Positions 1 through 9,121 of a DNA stretch of 32,000 nucleotides are shown one piece after another (positions within the stretch are counted from its first letter, which is position 1; the number at the start of each line of letters is the position of its first letter). The position numbers and the translations under genes are program-made. The notes under the pieces are model-generated. The model saw only the letters and a program-made list of their open reading frames with translations, was not told the DNA's origin and did not search any database. The stretch is from Nitrosarchaeum sp. (GTDB taxonomy: Archaea; Thermoproteota; Nitrososphaeria; Nitrososphaerales; Nitrosopumilaceae), in the NCBI GenBank assembly GCA_965223865.1, contig OZ245020.1, forward strand, positions 1,446,000-1,477,999, given 5' to 3'.

Positions 1-1524
1 GCATGGAATTTTGAAGTATTTTGCAAAGTCAGTCAATCCCTTGAGAGATTCTAAAAATGTCCAAAAGATTTCAGGGTCTTGTGGATTCCCAAATTGAAGA
101 TGATCAAGCATTCCTATTGGTTTAGCTCCCGTACAGACAACATTTCTACATGCTTCCTCAAAACATCCTATTGCACCCTCTCGAGGGTTAAGAAAACAAT
201 GTTTTGGATTGCCGTCAATTTTTGCAGATAGAAATTTACCATTATCTAATCTCAAAACGGCTGAATCATTTCCAGGTTTTACTACAGTTCGAATTCCTAC
301 CTCATGATCATATTGTCCATAGACCCAGATTTTACTTGCAATATTTGGAGAAGCCAAAAATTTCATCATAATTTTAGAATAATTTGAAATTGGCTTGAGC
401 TTTGTTTCTTTTTCTATAGTTTCAAGATATGCCGGTTTTTTTGAAGGTCTGTCTAATAGATCAGCGTTTGCAACAACATCTGTTGGAAGAGCAGCGTAAG
501 TTTTTTTGCCTTTTTTTACATGCATTATACTATTTGATGTTACTGTACCAATAACTGAACAAACAATTCTGAATTTCTTGCATATTTCTTGAAGTTTTTT
601 TAGTTTGGTCTTGTTTGTAACAATAAGCATTCTTTCTTGAGATTCAGATATCATAATTTCCTCTGGATGCATTCCAGGTTCTCGCGTATGCACCTTATCA
701 ACATCCATTTCGATGCCAACAGATAACGCATCTGCAGTTTCAGAAACTGCACAAGATAATCCACCTCCTCCAAGATCTTTCATGGCATTTATGAGATTAT
801 GATTTCTTGCCTCTAAAATTGCCTCTATGATTAATTTTTCAATAAAAGGATCAGGTATTTGAACAGCAGATCTATCCTCTGACTCTAAAGAGTCAGAGGC
901 AAATTGTGAACCACCAATTCCATCCCTTCCTGTTGAACCACCAATTAAAACTACAAGATCACCCTTGTTAGCATGGTTTTTTATCAAATTTTCTTTTTTA
1001 CCAAATCCTATTGATGCAACATCAACAAGAGCATAGTTTGTATAGCATTTATCAAACTCTACTTCACCACCTATTGTTGGGATACCTAAACAATTTCCAT
1101 AATCTGCAATTCCAGTAACAGCATTTTTGAAGAGCCATCTTGCCTGTTGATCTTTTTCAATATCCCCAAATCTCAAGCCATCAAATAATGCAATAGGTCG
1201 GGTCCCGGCAGATAAGATATCACGAATTACTCCTCCAACACCTGTTGCAGCCCCACCATACGGTTCTACTGCAGAGGGGTGATTATGACTTTCAATGTGT
1301 GCAGTTACGACATAACCATCCCCGACGTCTAAGACACCTGAATCATATCCTTTTTCAGATATTACCAAAGGTCCTTTCATAGGTAGCATTTTGAGGTGCT
1401 TCTTTGATGATTTGTATGAGCAGTGTTCAGACCATTCAGCTGCTACAATGTGTAACTCTGTTGATGTAGGTTTTCGTCCAATCTTTGATGTAAGATCTTC
1501 GAGTTCTTGTCGCTCTAAACTCAA
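1..1524 (-). CDS. purL: Phosphoribosylformylglycinamidine (FGAM) synthase II, PurL; C-terminal part lies outside the window
   Basis: Minus-strand frame is open from position 1. Hand translation gives MSLERQELEDL..AEWSEHCSYKSSKKHL..DGYVVTAHIESHNHPSAVEP.., matching PurL N-terminal and ATP-site motifs. TTG start at 1522-1524 overlaps the purQ stop (ATTGA). It is missing from the ORF track because no stop lies inside the window. Confidence 0.9.
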   Translation of the reverse strand, partial: MSLERQELEDLTSKIGRKPTSTELHIVAAEWSEHCSYKSSKKHLKMLPMKGPLVISEKGYDSGVLDVGDGYVVTAHIESHNHPSAVEPYGGAATGVGGVIRDILSAGTRPIALFDGLRFGDIEKDQQARWLFKNAVTGIADYGNCLGIPTIGGEVEFDKCYTNYALVDVASIGFGKKENLIKNHANKGDLVVLIGGSTGRDGIGGSQFASDSLESEDRSAVQIPDPFIEKLIIEAILEARNHNLINAMKDLGGGGLSCAVSETADALSVGIEMDVDKVHTREPGMHPEEIMISESQERMLIVTNKTKLKKLQEICKKFRIVCSVIGTVTSNSIMHVKKGKKTYAALPTDVVANADLLDRPSKKPAYLETIEKETKLKPISNYSKIMMKFLASPNIASKIWVYGQYDHEVGIRTVVKPGNDSAVLRLDNGKFLSAKIDGNPKHCFLNPREGAIGCFEEACRNVVCTGAKPIGMLDHLQFGNPQDPEIFWTFLESLKGLTDFAKYFKIPC

Positions 1525-2201
1525 TTTTCAACACCAATAGTGCTTAGAAGAGATTTAAAAATTAGAGAAGATGGTTTGTTATCAATTGGATTGATTTCTG
1601 ATTCTACTGCTCTTTCGGGATGAGGCATCATTCCAACTATGTTATAATCTTCATTACATACACCTGCAATATTATACGAAGATCCATTTACCACCTCAGC
1701 ATATCTAAAAACAATTTGATTGTTTTTCTTTATCTTTTCAAGGACAGATTCATCAACATAATATCTCCCCTCTCCATTTGCAATGGGAATTGGAATTTTT
1801 TGACCTAAAGTAAATTGATTTGTAAAAGGAGTTTTGTTATTTTCTACTATCAAATTCGTCCATTCACACATAAAATTAAGTGATGTATTTTTGAGCAAAA
1901 CTCCAGGCAGCAATCCTGCCTCTACAAGAATTTGAAATCCATTACATACACCCAAAATAGGAATGCCTTTTTCTGCTAATTTTTTTACGTCTTTAATAAC
2001 AGGACTATGTGCGGCAATGACACCTGCTCTTAATCTATCACCATAAGAAAATCCTCCAGGTAAAATTATCGCATCAATATTTTTTGGCAGACCTTTTTCA
2101 TGCCAAAAATATTGAGTATTCAAATTAAAGACATCTGTTAAAACATGATACATGTCTCGATCACAGTTACTGCCAGGAAAAACAACGACTCCAATCTTCA
2201 C
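1521..2201 (-). CDS. purQ: FGAM synthase I, glutamine amidotransferase subunit PurQ
   Basis: 226 aa. Class-I GATase nucleophile elbow GVCNGFQ and the HPER catalytic His/Glu motif are present. Its stop overlaps the purL start, suggesting translational coupling. Confidence 0.9.
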   Translation of the reverse strand: MKIGVVVFPGSNCDRDMYHVLTDVFNLNTQYFWHEKGLPKNIDAIILPGGFSYGDRLRAGVIAAHSPVIKDVKKLAEKGIPILGVCNGFQILVEAGLLPGVLLKNTSLNFMCEWTNLIVENNKTPFTNQFTLGQKIPIPIANGEGRYYVDESVLEKIKKNNQIVFRYAEVVNGSSYNIAGVCNEDYNIVGMMPHPERAVESEINPIDNKPSSLIFKSLLSTIGVEN

Positions 2202-2267
2202 ATTTGTTTTTACTCAAGGAGATATTTAATTTGAATCCAGCCAAATGAATTTATGTGAAGAATTCCC

Positions 2268-2699
2268 TTGATCGCCATGGCACATATACGTGACATTATG
2301 GAAAAAAATGTTGTAACAATAGAACATGAAAAAAATGCACTTGATGCTGCCAAATTACTAAAAGAAAAAGAGATCAGTTTTTTGGTCATAATTAAGGATA
2401 ATAGTCCAATAGGAATTGTTTCGGAGAGAGATTTTGTAAAAAAAGTTGTTGCAGAAGATAAGGTAGCATCAACAATGTCCCTTGAAAGCATAATGTCAAA
2501 AAAATTTAGATGGGTACAGCCAGATAGTAAAATTGAAGATGCGGTACAAAAAATGCTAAACAATAACATTCGAAGATTACTAGTTTTAGAAAAGGAGAAA
2601 CTTGTTGGAGTGATTACTCAAACGGATCTTACCAGCTTTCTCAGAAGTAAACTGCTGATTAATGGAACAATTGAGAATATAGAAGAAGAAAATTCTTAG
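2268..2699 (+). CDS. Stand-alone CBS-domain pair protein
   Basis: 143 aa with two CBS-like repeats (IMEKNVVTIE..ISFLVII..PIGIVSERD and IMSKKFRWVQ..NIRRLLVLE..LVGVITQTD). The true start may be the ATG a few codons in. Confidence 0.75.
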   Translation: MIAMAHIRDIMEKNVVTIEHEKNALDAAKLLKEKEISFLVIIKDNSPIGIVSERDFVKKVVAEDKVASTMSLESIMSKKFRWVQPDSKIEDAVQKMLNNNIRRLLVLEKEKLVGVITQTDLTSFLRSKLLINGTIENIEEENS

Positions 2700-2956
2700 A
2701 CCTCAAAAACATCTATTGTTACCTTGCTGACCATAGGATTGTAAATCCTCAATTCATCACAAATTTCCTGAACCCTTTGTTTAGCTGTTTTGATACTTTT
2801 TTCCTTTATAGTAAACTTTAGCATTTTAGCAGTTTTGATTTTTGATATTGTAGAATTGGTACCTTTCAAAACAAGGTCATTTAGAATTGTGTCTCCTTCT
2901 GGATCACTAATTCCGGGTTTGTTTTCAATAATTACATGAACATCATAGGTAGCCAT
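2696..2956 (-). CDS. purS: FGAM synthase subunit PurS
   Basis: 86 aa of typical PurS size, with pattern V.I..KPGI.DPEG.TI...L. Sits in the pur cluster. Confidence 0.85.
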   Translation of the reverse strand: MATYDVHVIIENKPGISDPEGDTILNDLVLKGTNSTISKIKTAKMLKFTIKEKSIKTAKQRVQEICDELRIYNPMVSKVTIDVFEV

Positions 2957-3020
2957 GAGTATTTTTGAAATTCAAAGTGAGGTTAATCTATCTTCCGACC
3001 AGAATTGTGCTTTTATACTA

Positions 3021-3095
3021 AAAATAAAAAAGAAATCAGATACCCGATTCTGAGGACTTGTGTTGTTGTTAGGCAAATAACCCAGAATCGGTTAT
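3021..3095 (-). terminator. Hairpin followed by a U-tract downstream of the 3097..3489 gene
   Basis: CCGATTCTG (3044-3052) pairs with CAGAATCGG (3083-3091), with extra flanking pairs. On the minus-strand RNA the stem is followed by UUUCUUUUUUAUUUUU. A TATAAAAG-like box (plus 3010-3017) then precedes purS. Confidence 0.4.
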
Positions 3096-3096
3096 C

Positions 3097-3489
3097 TTAA
3101 TCATTTTTAGTTTTGAAATTATTTTTGACATATTCTGTGTACTTTCTGTAAAGTCCAGATTCATAATTAGGATTCTGAGTTATTAGAGATTTTTTAATCA
3201 AGTCTTCTTTTGAATGAAGCATGTTTTTTTCAAAAATGCCCTTATTGTCTAATACAATACAAAGGTCTTGCCAAAGTGATACTTCATTTGGATTTCTATT
3301 TGCAGTAGCATAGTAAACATAAAGTAATCTTAATTTATTGTATTCATCAAGATTCAAATCTTTTCCAAGAAGATACTTTCTTCGTAATTTCTGAAAAAAT
3401 ATCAATCCCTCTTTTGTCAGAACATAATCAAATAGTTTAGGATAGTCATCAATGTCTATTGGGTGTAATGGATTTTGAGAAACCAACAC
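3097..3489 (-). CDS. Hypothetical protein (130 aa)
   Basis: Clean ORF with ordinary amino-acid composition and its own hairpin/U-tract. No motif recognised. Confidence 0.5.
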   Translation of the reverse strand: MLVSQNPLHPIDIDDYPKLFDYVLTKEGLIFFQKLRRKYLLGKDLNLDEYNKLRLLYVYYATANRNPNEVSLWQDLCIVLDNKGIFEKNMLHSKEDLIKKSLITQNPNYESGLYRKYTEYVKNNFKTKND

Positions 3490-3745
3490 TCTAGATTATT
3501 TTTATCTAGTTTTTTATTTTATGATTTGAATTTTGTATTTTCATTAGAAATAAAATTCAACGTATGAAAAGATGATGGATAGAAAGGGACGGCTATATCT
3601 ACATGAAGATATATTTTTTCATATTTGTTTAATCTAGGGAACAGAAAATATAAGTTATTGAATTTCAGATGAGATTTAGCCTTAAAAGAGAACAAAGTCA
3701 CCCTAAACATTGGAATTTATATCTCATTTATACTGTAATTAATCA

Positions 3746-4210
3746 TTGGCAAGATCAAGGTATTGGAAAATAACACCAGATGAGATGGATAAGTTTTCCT
3801 ACAAAGAGGATAAATTACTCAACTGGGAAATCAAGTGTGTAAGAGAACCTGAATCTGAGGCCATGTTTATCGGTGTTTTCCAGTATAGAGGAGGCACACC
3901 GTATGACTATGAATCCATTAAAGGGATTACATATTATCACAACAATATATCTAGGAAGGAATTACCCTCAATTACTAAATTTCTTCAAGATAAATTCAAT
4001 GGAAAAGAAATGGAAAAAGGAGAGCGCATATTCCTTAAAGACTCAAAAGAAATCTATTCCCCAAAAGATTTGGCAAATTTAGCAAGAGATTTGGAGCAGA
4101 AATTTAGCACAAAGGCCATCATATCGCTAGAATTTGGAGATATAAATCAAGAAGAACTAAAAGAGTCTGGCCTGCCTGAAGCAAAACTATTACCAATTCC
4201 CGGCAAATAG
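3746..4210 (+). CDS. Hypothetical protein (154 aa)
   Basis: ORF with a TTG start, directly upstream of tatC on the same strand. No motif recognised. Confidence 0.5.
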   Translation: MARSRYWKITPDEMDKFSYKEDKLLNWEIKCVREPESEAMFIGVFQYRGGTPYDYESIKGITYYHNNISRKELPSITKFLQDKFNGKEMEKGERIFLKDSKEIYSPKDLANLARDLEQKFSTKAIISLEFGDINQEELKESGLPEAKLLPIPGK

Positions 4211-4238
4211 ATAAGGTAGTTTACGATATAGAATTCAG

Positions 4239-5030
4239 ATGTCAGAGATTCAAGAAATCAATCATCATCTAAATGAATTAAGGAAGAGAGTTTTACGAAT
4301 TGTTTTAGCAATAGGGATAATCACAGTATTTCTTTTAACATTTCATGCAGAACCTTTCCAAATTAATGGTGTTGTGTTTTATTATCCAACTCCAGAACCA
4401 TTAGACAACATTGCAGCGCAAATTACAAACCACATGAAAGATAATCTTGTTCCTGAAGACGTACAATTAATTCAAACTGCACCAGGTCAAGCATTTTTTG
4501 CTCAAGTATACATTGCAGCACTTGTAGGTATTGTTGTCAGCATGCCAGTTATCATTAAAGAATTAGTAGGATTCATCAAGCCAGCATTAAAAGAAAATGA
4601 AATCAATGTTAGTAGAACCATTTCTTTGCCTGCGTTAGGCTTGTTCATAGCAGGATGTGTATTTTCATATAATCTGGTAATTCCATACCTCTTGGAATTT
4701 CTTTACAGATATGGAGAATCTGCAGGATTAGTAACATTTCTTAATGTCATTGATTTTGTAACATTTGTATTACAATTTTTGTTGGCCTTTGGATTATCAT
4801 TTCAACTTCCACTTGTAATGTATGCAATTACTGGTGCAGGGATGACAGATACTGACTTTTGGCGAAAGAATATCAGATATGCAATTATTGCAATTGTGAT
4901 CTTCGGAGCTGTAATCACACCGGATGGTAGCGGTGTTACAATGTGGTTTATTGCTGGCCCCATGATTGCATTATATGTTGCAGGCATGACAATAATTGAG
5001 CGTCAAAAGAACAAAAAATTGAACACTTAA
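4239..5030 (+). CDS. tatC: Twin-arginine translocase subunit TatC
   Basis: 263 aa polytopic membrane protein with about 6 hydrophobic segments and the TatC-like FGLSFQLPLV segment. Followed immediately by tatA. Confidence 0.85.
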   Translation: MSEIQEINHHLNELRKRVLRIVLAIGIITVFLLTFHAEPFQINGVVFYYPTPEPLDNIAAQITNHMKDNLVPEDVQLIQTAPGQAFFAQVYIAALVGIVVSMPVIIKELVGFIKPALKENEINVSRTISLPALGLFIAGCVFSYNLVIPYLLEFLYRYGESAGLVTFLNVIDFVTFVLQFLLAFGLSFQLPLVMYAITGAGMTDTDFWRKNIRYAIIAIVIFGAVITPDGSGVTMWFIAGPMIALYVAGMTIIERQKNKKLNT

Positions 5031-5057
5031 ATCTAAAATAGGTCAATACAAAGTAGA

Positions 5058-5264
5058 ATGTTTGGAATGAATATTGCCAATTTTATTGCAGGTCAAGAGT
5101 GGATTTTCATAATAATTATTGCAGTGGTATTCATTTTTGGAGCAAAGAAGATTCCAGAATTAGCAAAAACTTTCGGTAAAGCTAAAGGCGAATTTGAGAA
5201 AGGAAAGATCGAAGGTGAAAAAGAACTAAAAGACTTTAAAGATAAGGAAGTAAAATCAGACTAG
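5058..5264 (+). CDS. tatA: Twin-arginine translocase subunit TatA/E
   Basis: 68 aa: one N-terminal TM helix, then FGAKKIPELAKTFGKAKGEFEKG (the TatA hinge/amphipathic helix signature) and a charged tail. Confidence 0.75.
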   Translation: MFGMNIANFIAGQEWIFIIIIAVVFIFGAKKIPELAKTFGKAKGEFEKGKIEGEKELKDFKDKEVKSD

Positions 5265-5689
5265 ATTTCTGCAACTTTTACAAATTCATCGACAATTTTA
5301 GAATAATTATTTTCAATCTTATTTTTTCCTAGCAGATTTGAAATTTTCATGTTTCCCTTTAGTTTAAAATCAACTTCCACTAGCATTTTTGTTCCAGTAG
5401 GAATTTGCTCGAATTTCTCTACAATATGAGTTCCTTTGGCATGTCCTCCAATTACAAAAATCTCATGTAAATGAGGTTCCTGAATTACATGCTTTGTCAT
5501 CATTACTAATTCTTTATTTCCTAGAACCATATGCTCTTCAACCACCGATACATCATTTCTTGTAGAAAGAATTCTTACTGAGGGGAAGTACTGAGGAAGT
5601 AATTTCTGATATTTTTCATAATCTTTTACAATATCAAAAAATTTTTGTCTTGGAGAATTTACTAATTTTTCAAAACTAAATCTAGGCAA
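5261..5689 (-). CDS. SRPBCC/START-like (polyketide cyclase / COQ10-like) small protein, tentative
   Basis: 142 aa. Size and alternating beta/helix pattern fit the SRPBCC fold. Sits 3 nt downstream of ubiX on the same strand. Assigned by pattern only. Confidence 0.5.
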   Translation of the reverse strand: MPRFSFEKLVNSPRQKFFDIVKDYEKYQKLLPQYFPSVRILSTRNDVSVVEEHMVLGNKELVMMTKHVIQEPHLHEIFVIGGHAKGTHIVEKFEQIPTGTKMLVEVDFKLKGNMKISNLLGKNKIENNYSKIVDEFVKVAEI

Positions 5690-5692
5690 TAA

Positions 5693-6262
5693 TTAGAAAG
5701 TGCCCCAACGTGGGTATAAATTGTGCTCCAAATCAAATTGATCAAGGCACTTTCCTACACCGTGGTTTATAATATCATCAATTGATTTGGGTTTTGTATA
5801 AAATTCTGTAACAGGCGGTAATATTACAACACCGATTCTTGATAACTTTAACATATTTTCAAGATGAATTGCAGAAAAAGGTGTTTCTCGTACCATTAAA
5901 ATTAATTTTCTATTTTCTTTTATCGTAACACCTGCAGCTCTTGCAACAAGTGTATCATCATAACCATTAGCGATTGCAGAAAGTGTTTTCATACTGCATG
6001 GTGCAACAATCATCCCATCAACTTTGTGAGTACCACTTGACACACTTGATGCCATATTTCTTTCATCAGAAATGCTTGTTGCAAGTGACTTTACATAATC
6101 AATTGTATGATCAGTTTCCATATCAACACATTTTGATCCCCAGTTAGACATTACAAGATGGGTTTCAACATTTAATTTTTTTAAAACCTCAAGCAGTCTA
6201 ATCCCATAAATAACACCAGTACTGCCTGTAATTCCAACAATCAGTCTCACAAATAAACTCAA
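5693..6262 (-). CDS. ubiX: Flavin prenyltransferase UbiX
   Basis: 189 aa with GITGSTG near the N-terminus and APCSMKTLSAIANGYDDTLVARAA, typical of UbiX/Pad1 flavoproteins. Confidence 0.85.
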   Translation of the reverse strand: MSLFVRLIVGITGSTGVIYGIRLLEVLKKLNVETHLVMSNWGSKCVDMETDHTIDYVKSLATSISDERNMASSVSSGTHKVDGMIVAPCSMKTLSAIANGYDDTLVARAAGVTIKENRKLILMVRETPFSAIHLENMLKLSRIGVVILPPVTEFYTKPKSIDDIINHGVGKCLDQFDLEHNLYPRWGTF

Positions 6263-6314
6263 GAGTCAATGGTATTTTATCTATTTGACAGAGGTTCTAA
6301 TTTGGCACTAGTGT

Positions 6315-6458
6315 TTACAGATTGGTAGGCTCATCTTTTTGTGCCTTATCAAATTCTTGGCGGTCTTTTCGTCTTTTGAGCCATAATGAAAAACCTCCAA
6401 TTGCCATAGCAGTTAACAAGATAACACCTGCCATTTGCAATTCAAAATAGTACAGCAT
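6315..6458 (-). CDS. Small single-pass membrane protein (47 aa), not in the ORF track
   Basis: Hand translation: MLYYFELQMAGVILLTAMAIGGFSLWLKRRKDRQEFDKAQKDEPTNL. This is one hydrophobic helix followed by a charged tail, in an otherwise empty 290-bp gap. Confidence 0.35.
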   Translation of the reverse strand: MLYYFELQMAGVILLTAMAIGGFSLWLKRRKDRQEFDKAQKDEPTNL

Positions 6459-6554
6459 AGAAACTACATGATTTCTTTTAAAAAAAATCTTTGGGTAAAT
6501 GCCGATCCAATTTTTAAAAATTAGCTATATTAGATCCTAGTTTCTAGCCAGTAT

Positions 6555-7646
6555 GTGATAAAGAGTTCTGAGATCAAAAAAATTGTTAATGATTATTCAG
6601 ATGTGAGAATAGGAGTACTTGGAAGTCATTCAGCACTTGAGGTTATGGATGGTGCAAAAGAAGAGAATTTTCAGACTACTGTTTATTGTCAAAAGGGAAG
6701 AGAAGGACCATATCAAAGATTTGGAAGGATAGCTGATGAGATTGTTGTATTAAATAAATTCAAAGAAATGACATCTCCAAAAATTCAAAAGAAACTTAGA
6801 GATTCTAATACAATTGTAGTTCCACATAGATCGCTTACAGTTTATCTAGGATACAAAGCACTTGAAAATTCATTTAAAGTACCAATTTTTGGAAATAGAA
6901 AATTATTTCAAGCCGAAGAAAGAACAGCAAAACGTAATCAATATTATCTCCTTGAAAAGGCTCGAATAAAATTTCCAAAATTATTCAAAGACCCAAAAAA
7001 TATCAATAAACCGTGCATTGTAAAAGTTCAAGAAAAAAACAGACCGCTTGAGAGAGCATTTTTTACAGTATCCTCATTTAAAGATTATAAAGAAAAATCA
7101 GAGTCCAAAATTAAACAAGGTCTCATTTCAAGAAAAGACCTAGAAAAAGCAAGTATAGAAGAATTAGCAATTGGAACATACATGAATTTTAATTTCTTTC
7201 ACACACCAATTTCAGATCATGTTGATTTTATTGGAATAGAAAGACGACTTCAAACAAATGTTCATGATTATAATGCCCTTCCAGCCAGGCAACAGATGGA
7301 TATTGATATTGATTTACAAAATATAGAGGTAGGACATACTCCTGCAAGTATTAGAGAGTCTTTGTTAGAAAGGGTCTTCAAGATGGGAGACAAATTTGTT
7401 GCCGCAGTAAAAAAAGAATATGCACCGGGAATTATAGGACCTTTTTCACTTCAAAGTGTAATAACAAAAGATTTGGAGTTGGTGGTATATGATGTATCCT
7501 TGAGAGTTCCTGGAAACCCAATAGTTGCCACTACTAGTCCATATACAAAATACCAATACGGAACAACATTTGGAGTGGGTAGAAGAATTGCAATGGAAAT
7601 CAAACGTGCAGAAGATGAAGAACGTTTAGATGAGATTGTTACCTAA
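6555..7646 (+). CDS. purP: 5-formaminoimidazole-4-carboxamide ribonucleotide (FAICAR) synthetase PurP (ATP-grasp, archaeal type)
   Basis: 363 aa. The N-terminal IGVLGSHSALEVMDGAKEENF...YCQKGRE..YQRF matches the PurP signature as I remember it. GTG start. Confidence 0.8.
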   Translation: MIKSSEIKKIVNDYSDVRIGVLGSHSALEVMDGAKEENFQTTVYCQKGREGPYQRFGRIADEIVVLNKFKEMTSPKIQKKLRDSNTIVVPHRSLTVYLGYKALENSFKVPIFGNRKLFQAEERTAKRNQYYLLEKARIKFPKLFKDPKNINKPCIVKVQEKNRPLERAFFTVSSFKDYKEKSESKIKQGLISRKDLEKASIEELAIGTYMNFNFFHTPISDHVDFIGIERRLQTNVHDYNALPARQQMDIDIDLQNIEVGHTPASIRESLLERVFKMGDKFVAAVKKEYAPGIIGPFSLQSVITKDLELVVYDVSLRVPGNPIVATTSPYTKYQYGTTFGVGRRIAMEIKRAEDEERLDEIVT

Positions 7647-7828
7647 CCAAAAAAACATTTTTATCAAATCTTGATTTAGAATTTTGTTAATTGGCTAGAT
7701 TAGGAAATATAAAGAATACCTAACGTTTTGTTTCAAATAATTAAACGGTTTGATGTTTGAAATGGAATTGCTGTATGCCAATTAACAAATATGCAAACTC
7801 TTTTTTGGATTAATTTTTTATCTCTTTC

Positions 7829-8089
7829 ATGTCAAGAACAGTATTCATTCGTGAAATTATTTTAGCGCCTAAAGAACCAAAACTATGTCCCAATTGTGAA
7901 AAGTATGATAGATTAGAAAAAGATATTGTTTTTGAAAGAAGATCAGATGGAAAAACCATTATTTGCACAAGATGTGAGGCTTTGATGGTCATAACAAACC
8001 AGAATCTAAAAAAAGTAGAGTTAGAAGGGTCAAGAGATTATTCAATTATGCTAAAAGAACCACATCTGATTCGAAAAATAACGTATTAG
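7829..8089 (+). CDS. Small zinc-ribbon protein
   Basis: 86 aa with CPNC..(27 aa)..CTRC. The overlapping antisense ORF 7810..7992 has no such feature. Confidence 0.5.
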   Translation: MSRTVFIREIILAPKEPKLCPNCEKYDRLEKDIVFERRSDGKTIICTRCEALMVITNQNLKKVELEGSRDYSIMLKEPHLIRKITY

Positions 8090-8322
8090 TTTAATCCTTC
8101 AATAGGATAATTCTAATTAGGGTAATTTCGGTCTTCAGATTTGTACTAGTTCTTCTTACATGTTTGTTGTTTAGCAAAATGAGATTTCTGAATAATTTGA
8201 TATGCCGTATTTTGGTACATATGATTTAATTTTACTATAAAATGCCAAGATCACAGGATAAAAGTTAGGTTAGAAAAATTATTGAATTTGGAAACTCAAT
8301 ATATCACAAGATGTAATCATAA

Positions 8323-8386
8323 TTGCTGATGATTAATCAAAAAGCTATGTCTGAGGGTTGATGAGTTTGCCGAATTATGAAGCATT
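8323..8386 (+). ncRNA. Candidate box C/D sRNA
   Basis: cUGAUGA (8326-8332), 18 nt, CUGA (8351-8354), 3 nt, uUGAUGA (8358-8364), 12 nt, AUGA (8377-8380). Flanks AATTGC / AGCATT can pair. The D box is non-canonical (AUGA) and the first spacer is long. Confidence 0.3.
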
Positions 8387-9000
8387 ATAAAATTAATATT
8401 GAAAAAATCTACATATTAGAAAAATCTAATTTTAATATGAAGTGTGTTGAAGACAAGATTCTAAATGCAAAAAAATTTGCACGTGAAAAGCACAAAAATC
8501 AAACAAAAAGAGATGGAAGTACTTCATTAATTGATCATTTGGAAGGAGTAGTATTCAGACTAAAGAATTTAGGAATAATAGATACGGATGTAATTTCAGC
8601 TGCATGGCTTCATGACATACTTGAAAAAACAGATGTGACTTTGGATGAAATTATTCAAAGATTTGGAAGAGAAACATCCACAATGGTACTTTCACTTTCA
8701 AAGAACCATAATCTGTCAAGAAAAGAAAGAGAAAATCAATACATCAAACAATTACGAGGTGCAACAATAGAGGCAAAAATTATCAAATTATGCGACATAT
8801 CATCTAATATCAAAGATTTACCAAATGCACCTTTATCAAAAACACAAAAAAATAAAAAAATTCGAAGAGTTTTGTACTACCTAAGAGTAATTAAAAATGA
8901 TATATCTGAAGAAAAAGAAAATTATCCTAGAATTCAAGAAATTGTAGATGGTATAAATTCAGTAGCAATAAAATTCAAACAACAACCAATTTCAATTTAA
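8377..9000 (+). CDS. HD-domain phosphohydrolase, RelA/SpoT-hydrolase-like (small alarmone hydrolase type), tentative
   Basis: H..(24 aa)..HD pattern: IDHLEGV...ISAAWLHDILEKTDVTLDEIIQRFGRETSTMVLSLSK, resembling the RSH hydrolase / HD_4 signature. The real start may be the ATG at 8437. Confidence 0.6.
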   Translation: MKHYKINIEKIYILEKSNFNMKCVEDKILNAKKFAREKHKNQTKRDGSTSLIDHLEGVVFRLKNLGIIDTDVISAAWLHDILEKTDVTLDEIIQRFGRETSTMVLSLSKNHNLSRKERENQYIKQLRGATIEAKIIKLCDISSNIKDLPNAPLSKTQKNKKIRRVLYYLRVIKNDISEEKENYPRIQEIVDGINSVAIKFKQQPISI

Positions 9001-9121
9001 TATAATAATTAAATTCTTTTCTTAGAATTTCAGTATAAGGTATGTATGTTATATAATAAATTACAGAGAGCAATTTTTTTAAATATAAAAATAATACAAT
9101 CTTGAAATAATCAATATTATC

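Noticed and set aside
2210-2569. Track ORF, 119 aa, minus strand
   Set aside because: It is antisense to the CBS gene, which has clear domain repeats. The Ser/Leu/Phe-rich translation is typical of a shadow ORF. The same logic rejects 1620..1808, 3873..4082, 4802..4987, 7810..7992, 11507..11689, 11789..11974, 12433..12717, 13924..14121, 15044..15271, 21270..21455, 22800..23000, 24337..24675, 25332..25655 and 27346..27558.
3519-3710. Track ORF, 63 aa, minus strand
   Set aside because: It lies entirely in the AT-rich divergent promoter region between 3489 and 3746. The Phe/Asn/Lys-rich sequence is typical of translated AT-rich spacer.
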